From assembly GCA_027050205.1 (NCBI GenBank), contig JALUCS010000110.1, positions 1 through 28,410 of the forward strand: a DNA stretch of 28,410 nt, read 5' to 3'. This document shows, piece after piece, positions 1 through 8,499 of the stretch (positions within the stretch are counted from its first letter, which is position 1; the number at the start of each line of letters is the position of its first letter). The translations under genes were made by a program, and so were the position numbers. Source of the DNA: a candidate division WOR-3 bacterium (GTDB lineage Bacteria; Hydrothermota; Hydrothermia; LBFQ01). Under the pieces are notes generated by a model, which was given only the letters and a program-made list of their open reading frames with translations, was not told where the DNA came from and searched no databases.

Positions 1-126
1 TACTTCTCCATCGCCATCGTCCTTGATTCCATCTCCTACGGATGGAGACGCCCCATTCCCATCTTCCCCTCCGTTTCCTACGAACTCAACCAGCTCGCCG
101 CCGTAAAATACCTTACACAATCTTAG
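1..126 (+). CDS. 3' end of an unidentified protein, truncated by the window edge
   Basis: Frame 1 is open from base 1 (YFSIAIVLDSISYGWRRPIPIFPSVSYELNQLAAVKYLTQS) to TAG at 124-126, with host-like C-ending codons. Confidence 0.55.
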   Translation, partial: YFSIAIVLDSISYGWRRPIPIFPSVSYELNQLAAVKYLTQS

Positions 127-129
127 TAG

Positions 130-462
130 TATGTCCCGGAACCCCTTGTTCTGCGAGGTGCCGATATAGTCGCCGTATCAAAGGAGAGGATGAAGGAAAT
201 ACCCGAAGGAGCGATAGAGATACCGCCGGACCTGATCGTTGAGATAGTATCGCCATCGGACAGTGCCGAATACGTTCAGGGTAAGATGAGGAACTACAGG
301 GATTGGGGGGTGCTAAGGCAGGTGTGGATTTATCCGAAGGTCAGGGAGGTGGTTGTTGTGGATGAGGGAGGGGTATTTGTTTACGGTGAGGAGGATGAGG
401 TTGAGGTTCTGGAGGGGGTGAGGTTCAGGTTGGGGGAGTTTGTGAAGGGGGTAGGCAATTAG
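130..462 (+). pseudogene. Uma2/DUF820 family endonuclease, 5'-truncated
   Basis: PPDLIVEIVSPSD and YRDWGV..VWI are Uma2-type motifs. Homology (LRGADIVAVSKERM) continues in frame upstream of ATG 190 back to stops at 124-129, so the N-terminal part is missing. Confidence 0.75.
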
Positions 463-512
463 GTTGCAACAACTTCCCCACAGAGGAGATTTACAGCTAT
501 AAACTACGCTCT

Positions 513-2708
513 ATGCTGTGGGTTATAACTCTTTCCTCCGGCATAGAAGCGAAGGCTGACTTAAGGGCCGTAGAGGCCTACAACGAGGGTATTCGTATGC
601 TCTTCACAGAGAACGCCGGTCAGCTTTCAGATGAGGTGGTTTTCTACAGCATGCACCCTTCGGTCGTCTATGTTCTCAAGGACGGGACGATATACATCAA
701 CGGAGTTAGGGTATCTTTTGGGTCAAAGCCGAGATTTATAACCGGAGATATGCCGCTTATAACGAAGATATCGTATTTTGGGAGGAACAAGGCCATAAGC
801 AACATACCGACGTACAGACGGGTTGTTTTGAAGGAGGTATATCCGAAGATAGATGCTGTGCTGACGGCTGACGGTAGGGGGGTCGTTGAGCTCCAGTTTA
901 TCGTCCGTCCCGGAGGGGATCCGAGCCAGATAAGGGTTGAGACGGATGGGGATGGGGAGGTGAAGGAGAATGGGAATGGCCTTTACATCGTCAAGGGTGG
1001 TAAGGAGGTCGTGAGGGTAAGCAACCTGAAGGCGTATCAGGGGGCGGAGGAGGTGGAGGTTAAGGTGGATGTAAAGGGTGAAGAAGTTCGGTTCATAGTT
1101 GATGATTGGGACGAAAAGCATACGCTTGTGATTGACCCTGTTATAACAACTATTTTGGCTTCTGGACATTACGATCGTGCCGAAGCTTTAACAATATACG
1201 CTGGTTATGTATATATAGCTGGAAAAACAGATTTTTCTGCAAATTTCTCACAAAGCAGGAATTTCTTCGGTACAAGTGATGGACTGCAAGATGCTTTTGT
1301 AAGTAAATTGGATTTGAATTTATCGACACATATCGCTACCGCTATTTTAGCTTCCACCGGTTCTGACGGAGCTCATGCTGTAATAGCAGACAGTAGCGGA
1401 GTTTATGTAGCTGGATGGACTACAAACTACTCTAACTTTGCTCCAAGTAGGAATGTTTTTGGCACTACAGGTTCAACCGACGCCTTTATAAGCAAATTAG
1501 ATCCATCTCTTTCAATTCACATAGCAACTGCTATTTTAACTTCCAGCGGTTCTGATGAGGTTTATGATATAGCAATAGATAGTAATAGTATATATGTTGT
1601 AGGTTATACAGGAAATTCCTCTGATTTTGCGCCAAGTAGAATAATATTTGGCTCCAGAGGTGGAAGTGATGTGTTCGTTAGCAAATTGAATAAGGATCTA
1701 TCATCTCACATAACGACCACTATATTGGCTTCTACAGGCAACGATGGAGCCTATGATCTGGTGATCAAGGGAGATAATATTTATGTTGCCGGATTTTCCG
1801 GCAATCCATCAAATTTTGCTCCTTTTAGAACATTCTTTGGTGCTAACGGTGGTGAAGGAGGATTTATAAGTAAATTAAGCTCAAATCTGTCTGTTCATAT
1901 GGCCACAGTTATATTGACTTCTAGCGGTAATGATGTGATTAACTCAATAGCGATATATGATAGTAGCATCTACGCAGTAGGGCATACGGGTAATTACTCT
2001 AATTTTGCACCGGGTAGGAATGTTTTCGGTTCTCCTGGATGGCAAGATGCTTTTGTAAGTAAGCTAACTTTAGATTTGTCCTCTCACATTTCAACGGCTA
2101 TTTTAGCTTCAGATAGGGATGATTATGCGCTCGGTTTAGATGTTGATAGCAGTGGAGTTTATATCGCAGGGTGGACTGATAGATCGTCTAACTTCGGCTC
2201 TTTTAGGACGTTTTTGGGAACTCCCGGAGGAAGAGATGCTTTTATATGCAGGATGAATAAAGATTTGCTTTATTATATAGAAGCGGTTATACTTACTTCC
2301 AGTCAGGAGGATCAGATATCATATTTGGATATAAATAATAATAATGTTTATGTTACAGGATATACCGCAAATCCTGATGATTTTGCTCCCAGTAGAAATG
2401 TTTTTGGTACTACAGGAAGCGGTGATGCTTTTATATCAAAGCTCTCAATACCTCTTAATATACGAGAGAACCCCGATAAAGTTAAAAATTCGGTAGATTT
2501 TCTTAAAGGAATATTAATCATAAATGTTATATCGCCCGCCTACGTCGGCTTTGACGTATATTTGGCCGATGGCCGCCTGATCAGGCGCGTCAGCCTCGGC
2601 TACCTCCCCGCCGGGAGATACGAGTACCGCCTGAAGTTGCCCAAAGGAACCTACCTGCTGAAGGTCAGGGTCGGGGACGAGGTGAAGACCTTCAAGGGGA
2701 TAATGTAG
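513..2708 (+). CDS. Secreted SBBP-repeat beta-propeller protein with T9SS-like C-terminal domain
   Basis: N-domain has VVLKEVYPKIDAVL, LQFIVRPGGDPSQIR and TLVIDP, typical of SBBP-protein N-termini. Seven ~62-aa repeats follow (ILAS/ILTS..D..YV.G.T...DAFISKL). The C-tail is VYLADGRLIRR...LPKGTYLLKVRVGDEVKTFKGIM. Confidence 0.8.
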   Translation: MLWVITLSSGIEAKADLRAVEAYNEGIRMLFTENAGQLSDEVVFYSMHPSVVYVLKDGTIYINGVRVSFGSKPRFITGDMPLITKISYFGRNKAISNIPTYRRVVLKEVYPKIDAVLTADGRGVVELQFIVRPGGDPSQIRVETDGDGEVKENGNGLYIVKGGKEVVRVSNLKAYQGAEEVEVKVDVKGEEVRFIVDDWDEKHTLVIDPVITTILASGHYDRAEALTIYAGYVYIAGKTDFSANFSQSRNFFGTSDGLQDAFVSKLDLNLSTHIATAILASTGSDGAHAVIADSSGVYVAGWTTNYSNFAPSRNVFGTTGSTDAFISKLDPSLSIHIATAILTSSGSDEVYDIAIDSNSIYVVGYTGNSSDFAPSRIIFGSRGGSDVFVSKLNKDLSSHITTTILASTGNDGAYDLVIKGDNIYVAGFSGNPSNFAPFRTFFGANGGEGGFISKLSSNLSVHMATVILTSSGNDVINSIAIYDSSIYAVGHTGNYSNFAPGRNVFGSPGWQDAFVSKLTLDLSSHISTAILASDRDDYALGLDVDSSGVYIAGWTDRSSNFGSFRTFLGTPGGRDAFICRMNKDLLYYIEAVILTSSQEDQISYLDINNNNVYVTGYTANPDDFAPSRNVFGTTGSGDAFISKLSIPLNIRENPDKVKNSVDFLKGILIINVISPAYVGFDVYLADGRLIRRVSLGYLPAGRYEYRLKLPKGTYLLKVRVGDEVKTFKGIM

Positions 2709-2757
2709 CCTCCTTTCCCTACCCCCCATCTCCCCTCCGCCTCTACAATCCCCACCT

Positions 2758-5310
2758 ATGCTTTCGGAAACCTACAAGGGCAAGATAGTTTCAAACGTTC
2801 CCCTGTTGGACTACGCTGAGAGGTTAAATATAGCCCAATCCTACGGGTACAACGTCCACAAGATCCCCGCTGGCTACGTCTTAGTGGACCTCTACGACTT
2901 CACCCACAACGGGCTTTCCGAGGACCAAATGGGCGCCCTCTTCCGCGGAGACGAGGCCTACGCCGGCAGCAAGAACTTCCTGAAGATTCTCCGCAAGGTT
3001 AAGGAGATTTTCGGCAAGGATTGGGTGGTCCCCGCCCACAACGTAAGGGGGGCGGAGCATCTCCTGTTCAAGGCCTACGGTGAGAAGGCCGAAGTCGCCG
3101 CCTACCACCCCACCCCCACCTTCCGCGTCCTAGCCAGGTACTTCAACGTCCCCGTAAAGGAGTACGACACCCCCGACGACACCCCCGGCGGCACGCTGGC
3201 ATACATAAACACCACCCCCAAGAACGCCCATGAGATAGACCGCTGGATAAGGGAGGCAAAGGCCAAGGGGCTTATGGTGGTCGTGAACGCCTCCCGCATC
3301 TTCTCCCTCCTCGCCTTCCACCAGATCAGAGAGGGAGGCAAACCCTCGGATCTGCGCGGTAGGGTGGCCGAGGTTTTAAAGGACGCCGACGTGATAATCC
3401 TTGACGCCACGCACGACCTCTTCTCCCACGTTGGAGCCTTGATAATAACGGGCAGCGAAGAGATATACCGCAAGTTCCAGAGCTGGGTCGTCTCCTTTGA
3501 GGGACTCCACACCTACGGAGGTCTGGCCGGCAGGGACATGGAGGTCATCGCTATCGGTCTGGACGAGGCCCTTAGGGAAGACTACTACGTCTGGAGGTAC
3601 CACGAGGTCAAACGCCTGTACGAGGCCGTCAAAGAGGCCGGGTACGAGGTAGGTCCCCACTTCTCCCCCACCGGGTTCCCCATCCTGCACGACGACCCCG
3701 TCTCCCTCAACCTCGCCCTCTACCTCGCCGGACAGGTCAGGGGGAGTGCCAAGGCGAAGAAGGGACGTCTATGCCTCCACCTACCCCGCCGCACCTACAC
3801 CCGCGAACATTACGCCCACTTCGTAAAGACGCTGGCCTACCTGAAGGACAGGAGCCTCCCCAAATTGGTGGCGGCCTACGAGACGGACTTCCACGAGGAG
3901 GAGGTGATGGACTACGAGCCGGAGGGCCACATACCGCGGTACGACGTTATCCCCTACGAGGGCTACCCCTACCGCTTCAAGTCCGTTGAGCTTCTGAAGA
4001 TGCGGAGCCGCGAGTACAGGGAGAGGGCCATAGAGGAGGCCGGTTTCAACACCTTCCTGCTCAAGAGCGAGGACGTGTATATAGACCTCCTGACGGACTC
4101 CGGCACCTCCGCCATGAGCGACGAGCAGTGGGGAGAGGCCTTCTACAACGAGTGGAAGGACCCCTACTCCTTCCTGGCCCAGGCCGTTGAGGACGTCTAC
4201 GGCTTCCCCTACTTCATCCCCACCCATCAGGGGAGACAGGCGGAACATTTCATCTCCCAGGCCCTGATAAAGCCCGGCCAGTACGTCATAAACAACATGT
4301 ACTTCACCACCACCCGCTTCCATCAGGAGTACGCCGGCGGCATCTTCGTAGACCTGATAATCCCGGAGGCCCACGACCCGGCCGCGGAGCATCCCTTCAA
4401 GGGCAACCTTGACGCCGAGAGGGTTGAGGAGTTCATAAAGGAGAAGGGGGCGGAGAACATCGCATACATCTGCATAGAGACCAACGTAAATATGGCCGGA
4501 GGCCAGCCCGTATCCCTTGAGAACGTACGCCGCATAAGGGAGATAGCCGACCGCTACGGCATACCCGTGGTCTTTGACGCCACCCGCATAGCCGAGAACG
4601 CCTACTTCATAAAGACTCGTGAAAAGGGGTATGAGAACTGGAGCATAGCCCAGATAATAAGGGAACTCCTATCCTACGCCGACGCTGCCAGCATATCGGC
4701 CAAGAAGGACCCCCTGACCAACATAAGCGGCCTGCTCCTTGTGAGGGACCCGGACGTCTACGCCCGGATATACGAGTTCGCCACGGCCTTTGACGGCTCC
4801 CCCTACGACGGAGGCCTCGCCGACAGGGATCTGGCCATACTGGCCAAAGGGCTTTACGAGATGACCGACTACGATTACATAGCGAGCCGCATAAGGCAGG
4901 TGCAGTACCTCGGTGAGAAACTCCATAGCCTTGGGATACCGGTCGTCAGGCCCATAGGTGGCCATGCCGTCTATCTGGACGCCAAGAGGTTCCTGCCCCA
5001 CATACCACAGGACGAGTTCCCCGCCCAGATATTGGCCGCCGAGATATACGTAGAGGGTGGGGTGCGGACGATGGAGAGGGGTACCGTCTCCGCCGGGAGG
5101 GACCCGAAGACCGGAGAGAACCGTAAGCCCAAACTGGAGCTGGTCCGGATAACGATACCCCGCCGGGTCTATACGACCGACCACATGGACCACGTCGTTG
5201 AGGCCATCCTTGGCGTCTGGAACAGGAGGGACAGCATAAAGGGCCTTGAGTTCGTCTATGAGGCTCCCTTCTTGAGATTCTTCACCTCAACCTTCCGCAG
5301 GAAGGGGTAA
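2758..5310 (+). CDS. tpl: Tandem two-domain beta-eliminating lyase (tyrosine phenol-lyase-like)
   Basis: C-half has IDLLTDSGT, PTHQGR, NMYFTTTR, DATR, SAKKD (PLP Lys), MERG, VRITIPRRVYT and LRFFT. N-half is a diverged second copy with GDEAYAGS and TYGGLAGRD. Confidence 0.85.
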   Translation: MLSETYKGKIVSNVPLLDYAERLNIAQSYGYNVHKIPAGYVLVDLYDFTHNGLSEDQMGALFRGDEAYAGSKNFLKILRKVKEIFGKDWVVPAHNVRGAEHLLFKAYGEKAEVAAYHPTPTFRVLARYFNVPVKEYDTPDDTPGGTLAYINTTPKNAHEIDRWIREAKAKGLMVVVNASRIFSLLAFHQIREGGKPSDLRGRVAEVLKDADVIILDATHDLFSHVGALIITGSEEIYRKFQSWVVSFEGLHTYGGLAGRDMEVIAIGLDEALREDYYVWRYHEVKRLYEAVKEAGYEVGPHFSPTGFPILHDDPVSLNLALYLAGQVRGSAKAKKGRLCLHLPRRTYTREHYAHFVKTLAYLKDRSLPKLVAAYETDFHEEEVMDYEPEGHIPRYDVIPYEGYPYRFKSVELLKMRSREYRERAIEEAGFNTFLLKSEDVYIDLLTDSGTSAMSDEQWGEAFYNEWKDPYSFLAQAVEDVYGFPYFIPTHQGRQAEHFISQALIKPGQYVINNMYFTTTRFHQEYAGGIFVDLIIPEAHDPAAEHPFKGNLDAERVEEFIKEKGAENIAYICIETNVNMAGGQPVSLENVRRIREIADRYGIPVVFDATRIAENAYFIKTREKGYENWSIAQIIRELLSYADAASISAKKDPLTNISGLLLVRDPDVYARIYEFATAFDGSPYDGGLADRDLAILAKGLYEMTDYDYIASRIRQVQYLGEKLHSLGIPVVRPIGGHAVYLDAKRFLPHIPQDEFPAQILAAEIYVEGGVRTMERGTVSAGRDPKTGENRKPKLELVRITIPRRVYTTDHMDHVVEAILGVWNRRDSIKGLEFVYEAPFLRFFTSTFRRKG

Positions 5311-5317
5311 GGTAAAG

Positions 5318-5337
5318 GGGGGCCTGTACAGGCCCCC
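5318..5337 (+). terminator. GC-rich palindrome/hairpin after the lyase gene, putative terminator
   Basis: Perfect 20-bp palindrome GGGGGCCTGTACAGGCCCCC beginning 7 nt after the stop codon, with no immediate U-tract. Confidence 0.5.
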
Positions 5338-5367
5338 TCCACTGCTTTAGAATACCCCTATATAGGG

Positions 5368-6675
5368 ATGGAAAGGTTGATAGTTAAGAATTTTGCTGGG
5401 ATCAAAGAGGCGGAGCTAGAGTTCAAGGACATTACCGTCCTCATAGGGCCGCAGGCAGAGGGGAAGAGTGTTATTGCGAAGTTGATGTACGTTATGATGG
5501 AAATGATACAGCTTAAAGTTTTATATAAAATTCAAAGTATTGTAAGAAATAGAACAAAAGGTAAATTTGATTTTTTTAAGAATAATGAGTGGATACTGGA
5601 ATTTTACAAAATATTTCCAAAAGACTTTATAATTCCCAGAACTAGAAACAGAACAAGCTATATTATTTTTCAAATGGATAGAAATAGAAATATTTCTAGA
5701 TCAATCAAATCAAAGATCCTCTTGAGAAAGAACTCCCAAGAATTTGTTATAAGCAACATAGATCCTATTGCCCATGAAATGGCTGACAGAATAATTAGCG
5801 CCTCAACAAAATTCTTTGAACATAATGTCGCGATTAATATTGTTGATGTTATCTATAAGTTTCTATTTTATAAGCAATATCCAATACAGATATTTGTACC
5901 AGCGAACCGATCAATATATGCCCTTGTAAAAAATCTTCCTATAGTATGGAAAAGCTCATCACTAGATCCAGTATTCATAGATTTCGGTATGACATATGAA
6001 TTTATTAAGTCAAATTGGCTTAAAAAATTGAAGAATAAATACAAAAAAATTATAATTGAATTCTTAGGAGGAGATATTGTACGCAGAGATGATAGTGAAA
6101 TAATTAAACATTATGATGGACGCCAAGTGGATATACTTTTTGCATCATCCGGACAGAAAGAATTGCTTCCACTAATTTTAACCTTGTTATGGGTACGAGA
6201 GCAATTGTTCCCGAAGATATTCCTCTACATAGAGGAACCGGAGGCCCACCTCTTCCCGGAGACCCAAAAGAAACTCGTGGACCTCATAGCCGAAGTCTAT
6301 AACGCCCTTGAGGGAAGGCTACGCCTCGTAATCACCACCCACAGCCCATATATCCTTACCGCATTGAACAACCTCCTGTATGCGGGATACATACGCGACA
6401 AGTTCAAAGCTCGCAAAGATGTTGCCGCCAAATTGGAAAAGGTACTCCGGAGGCAAGAAAATATCCCTTCCTTAGGATCAAGGATAATTTCCCCCTCAAA
6501 AGTTGCCGTATATGAGGTTAAACGCTCTGGAACTCGTTCAATATTAGATGAAAACGGTTTAATAAGCGATAGTTATATGGATGAAATTGCAGATGAGCTA
6601 CACAGGGAAGAGGAAGAACTGTATGACATCAAATGGGAGGTGGAACGTGGCTCTGAAAGATATCTGGAGCAGTAA
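5368..6675 (+). CDS. ABC-class ATPase (AAA_15/AAA_21, OLD/AbiEii-like)
   Basis: LIVKNFAGIK at the start, Walker A GPQAEGKS, signature ASSGQKE, Walker B/D-loop YIEEPEAHLFP and H-loop ITTHSPYIL. The core is AT-rich. Confidence 0.85.
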   Translation: MERLIVKNFAGIKEAELEFKDITVLIGPQAEGKSVIAKLMYVMMEMIQLKVLYKIQSIVRNRTKGKFDFFKNNEWILEFYKIFPKDFIIPRTRNRTSYIIFQMDRNRNISRSIKSKILLRKNSQEFVISNIDPIAHEMADRIISASTKFFEHNVAINIVDVIYKFLFYKQYPIQIFVPANRSIYALVKNLPIVWKSSSLDPVFIDFGMTYEFIKSNWLKKLKNKYKKIIIEFLGGDIVRRDDSEIIKHYDGRQVDILFASSGQKELLPLILTLLWVREQLFPKIFLYIEEPEAHLFPETQKKLVDLIAEVYNALEGRLRLVITTHSPYILTALNNLLYAGYIRDKFKARKDVAAKLEKVLRRQENIPSLGSRIISPSKVAVYEVKRSGTRSILDENGLISDSYMDEIADELHREEEELYDIKWEVERGSERYLEQ

Positions 6676-7162
6676 GTGTGTTAAGGATGTAATTCCCCAT
6701 AACAATGGTCGTAGTACGAGTATATGCGATAAAAGGGGAAGAAAATGCCTCCAAATTTTTAAGGGAAAACCGGGAGAACTGTACGTTTTTGAATTTGATG
6801 GGTGTATATTGAGGGATAAAAATGTTAGAAAATGCGATTATGTGGCAGAATTTTTTCATAACAACCGATGGATGACAAGCTATTTGATAGAACTAAAGGG
6901 AAATAAAATAAAGGAAGCGATTGAACAGATAGAATCTTCATACAGAATTTTGAAGAAAAATTATAACCTTAACGATAAAAACACCAAAATAATCTGTATA
7001 ATCATCTTTTCCGGACGTCAGAGCATACCAAGAAGGCACGCAAGCCAAAGGGAGTTCTTGGATACCGAGATTAGGAGAAGAGGGCTTAATGTTGAAAGAT
7101 GTTTCATAAAACGGAATAAACAGGTTATAAGGATTGATGTAGATAACGATAGATATTGGTAG
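6647..7162 (+). CDS. Small basic protein with PD-(D/E)xK-like nuclease motif
   Basis: Motif RKCDY...YLIELKG..IKEAIEQI. Likely start is GTG 6647, with GGAGG at 6636-6640, overlapping the end of the ATPase. AT-rich. Confidence 0.65.
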   Translation: MALKDIWSSKCVKDVIPHNNGRSTSICDKRGRKCLQIFKGKPGELYVFEFDGCILRDKNVRKCDYVAEFFHNNRWMTSYLIELKGNKIKEAIEQIESSYRILKKNYNLNDKNTKIICIIIFSGRQSIPRRHASQREFLDTEIRRRGLNVERCFIKRNKQVIRIDVDNDRYW

Positions 7163-7165
7163 CCT

Positions 7166-7768
7166 TTAAACCCTCTCAATGTAAGCGTGGAGCCTACCCT
7201 TGTCCCCCCGCCGATGGGAGTAGAGCGTAGGGTCCTCGTACGTACAGGCCGGTGGTGGAATCACCCTTCTAACTCCCCACTTTCGTAGAACCTTTAAGTT
7301 GTACTCGTACAGGTCCAAGAGGTACTTCCCATTCCCCTTAGGGCGAAGGAAAGCCCCGAAGAATGGTTTAAGATCCTCTCCCACCTCGTAGCACTTCCCA
7401 CATATCCCCGGCCCGAAGACAACAGTTATCTCCTCCGGGACTATCCCCCATAAGGCGTGCATGAGGCTCAACCCTTCATGAAGGATCCCCTTAACGCTCC
7501 CCCTCCACCCCGCATGGAGGATCCCTACGGCCCTCTTGGAAATCAAGAGTATGGGATAGCAATCCGCCACCTTTACCCCCAAGCGTATCCCCCTCTCGTC
7601 GGCCAGTATTCCATCCCCCACGTCTTCCCGTTGCCCCCTATACACCACCACCCTCGCACCGTGGACCTGCTTCAACCTAACCGCAAACTCCACAGGCTCC
7701 CGCGATATCCCTCCCCTAACCCAAGGGATACCCTCTAAGACGAATCCCTCTTCCGTTCGCCTCCACAC
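7166..7768 (-). CDS. pgeF: YfiH/PgeF (laccase-domain, purine nucleoside phosphorylase-like) protein
   Basis: Motifs KQVHG, VADCYPI, HAGWRG, GPGICGKCYEVG and YSHRR. Confidence 0.9.
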   Translation of the reverse strand: MWRRTEEGFVLEGIPWVRGGISREPVEFAVRLKQVHGARVVVYRGQREDVGDGILADERGIRLGVKVADCYPILLISKRAVGILHAGWRGSVKGILHEGLSLMHALWGIVPEEITVVFGPGICGKCYEVGEDLKPFFGAFLRPKGNGKYLLDLYEYNLKVLRKWGVRRVIPPPACTYEDPTLYSHRRGDKGRLHAYIERV

Positions 7769-7792
7769 ACCGGGTAGTATAGGGGCGGAGCT

Positions 7793-8413
7793 TCAGAAGG
7801 TTAGACCCACACCTACAGAGGCCTCCGCCCATCCGGTGTAGCCGTCGGTGAAAGATCCAAGGCTCTCGGAAGTTAACTCGCCGAAGAAGTAAAGGGGCTT
7901 TAAGGCCCTGTACGAGGCGAAGACACCTATAAAGAGGGAGGGGGAGAACTTCGGTGGCGTATGCCCTCCACCTCCGATTATGCTGTCTCCCGTCGGGGCG
8001 TACTCGTTGATAAAGCCGAGGGATACGAAGGAGCCGTAGGTGAAGTTCTCCCTGTCGCCGGCGTAGACCCTTCCGCCTATCCCAGCGTAGAGCATGTTTC
8101 CGCTCTTGACCGTATCGCCGTTATGTACTTCCCACACTATGGGTTTCAGGGAGTTCCAAGTGTGGTAGAGGACGAGGTAAGGGGCGAAGGCGTTGGCTTC
8201 TCCTAAGGGGCCAAGGTACTGGCGGAAGAAGTCGGGGAGGGTTATCTCTATATCGTACCCCACACGGGCCTTGCCTTCTATTCCAAGGTTGTGGTTCGTG
8301 CTGAAGGCTCCAACGAACGGGATCCAAGGACCGGCACCTCCTTCAACCCACACACCGGCAGAAAGGTTTAGGGGTAATAGGGATGCAGTTAGCAAAGTTA
8401 AAACTTTCCGCAT
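7793..8413 (-). CDS. Putative outer-membrane beta-barrel protein
   Basis: Signal peptide MRKVLTLLTASLLPLNLSA, alternating Gly/aromatic strands, and C-terminal ASVGVGLTF ending in Phe (beta-signal-like). Confidence 0.6.
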   Translation of the reverse strand: MRKVLTLLTASLLPLNLSAGVWVEGGAGPWIPFVGAFSTNHNLGIEGKARVGYDIEITLPDFFRQYLGPLGEANAFAPYLVLYHTWNSLKPIVWEVHNGDTVKSGNMLYAGIGGRVYAGDRENFTYGSFVSLGFINEYAPTGDSIIGGGGHTPPKFSPSLFIGVFASYRALKPLYFFGELTSESLGSFTDGYTGWAEASVGVGLTF

Positions 8414-8499
8414 GGTACCTTTATCCTACCGGTGTTTCACCGGAGCCGAGTGGAAATTTGCAGGAGCGTTTGCAACCCTCCGCCCTTAAAATAAGAACC

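Noticed and set aside
6581..6646. Longer start for the nuclease-like gene
   Set aside because: It needs a 95-nt overlap with the ATPase, whereas GTG 6647 has a well-placed GGAGG.
8383..8499. N-terminal extension of the mutase ORF
   Set aside because: It overlaps the divergent beta-barrel gene. ATG 8500 has a -10 box at the typical spacing and gives a normal-length subunit.
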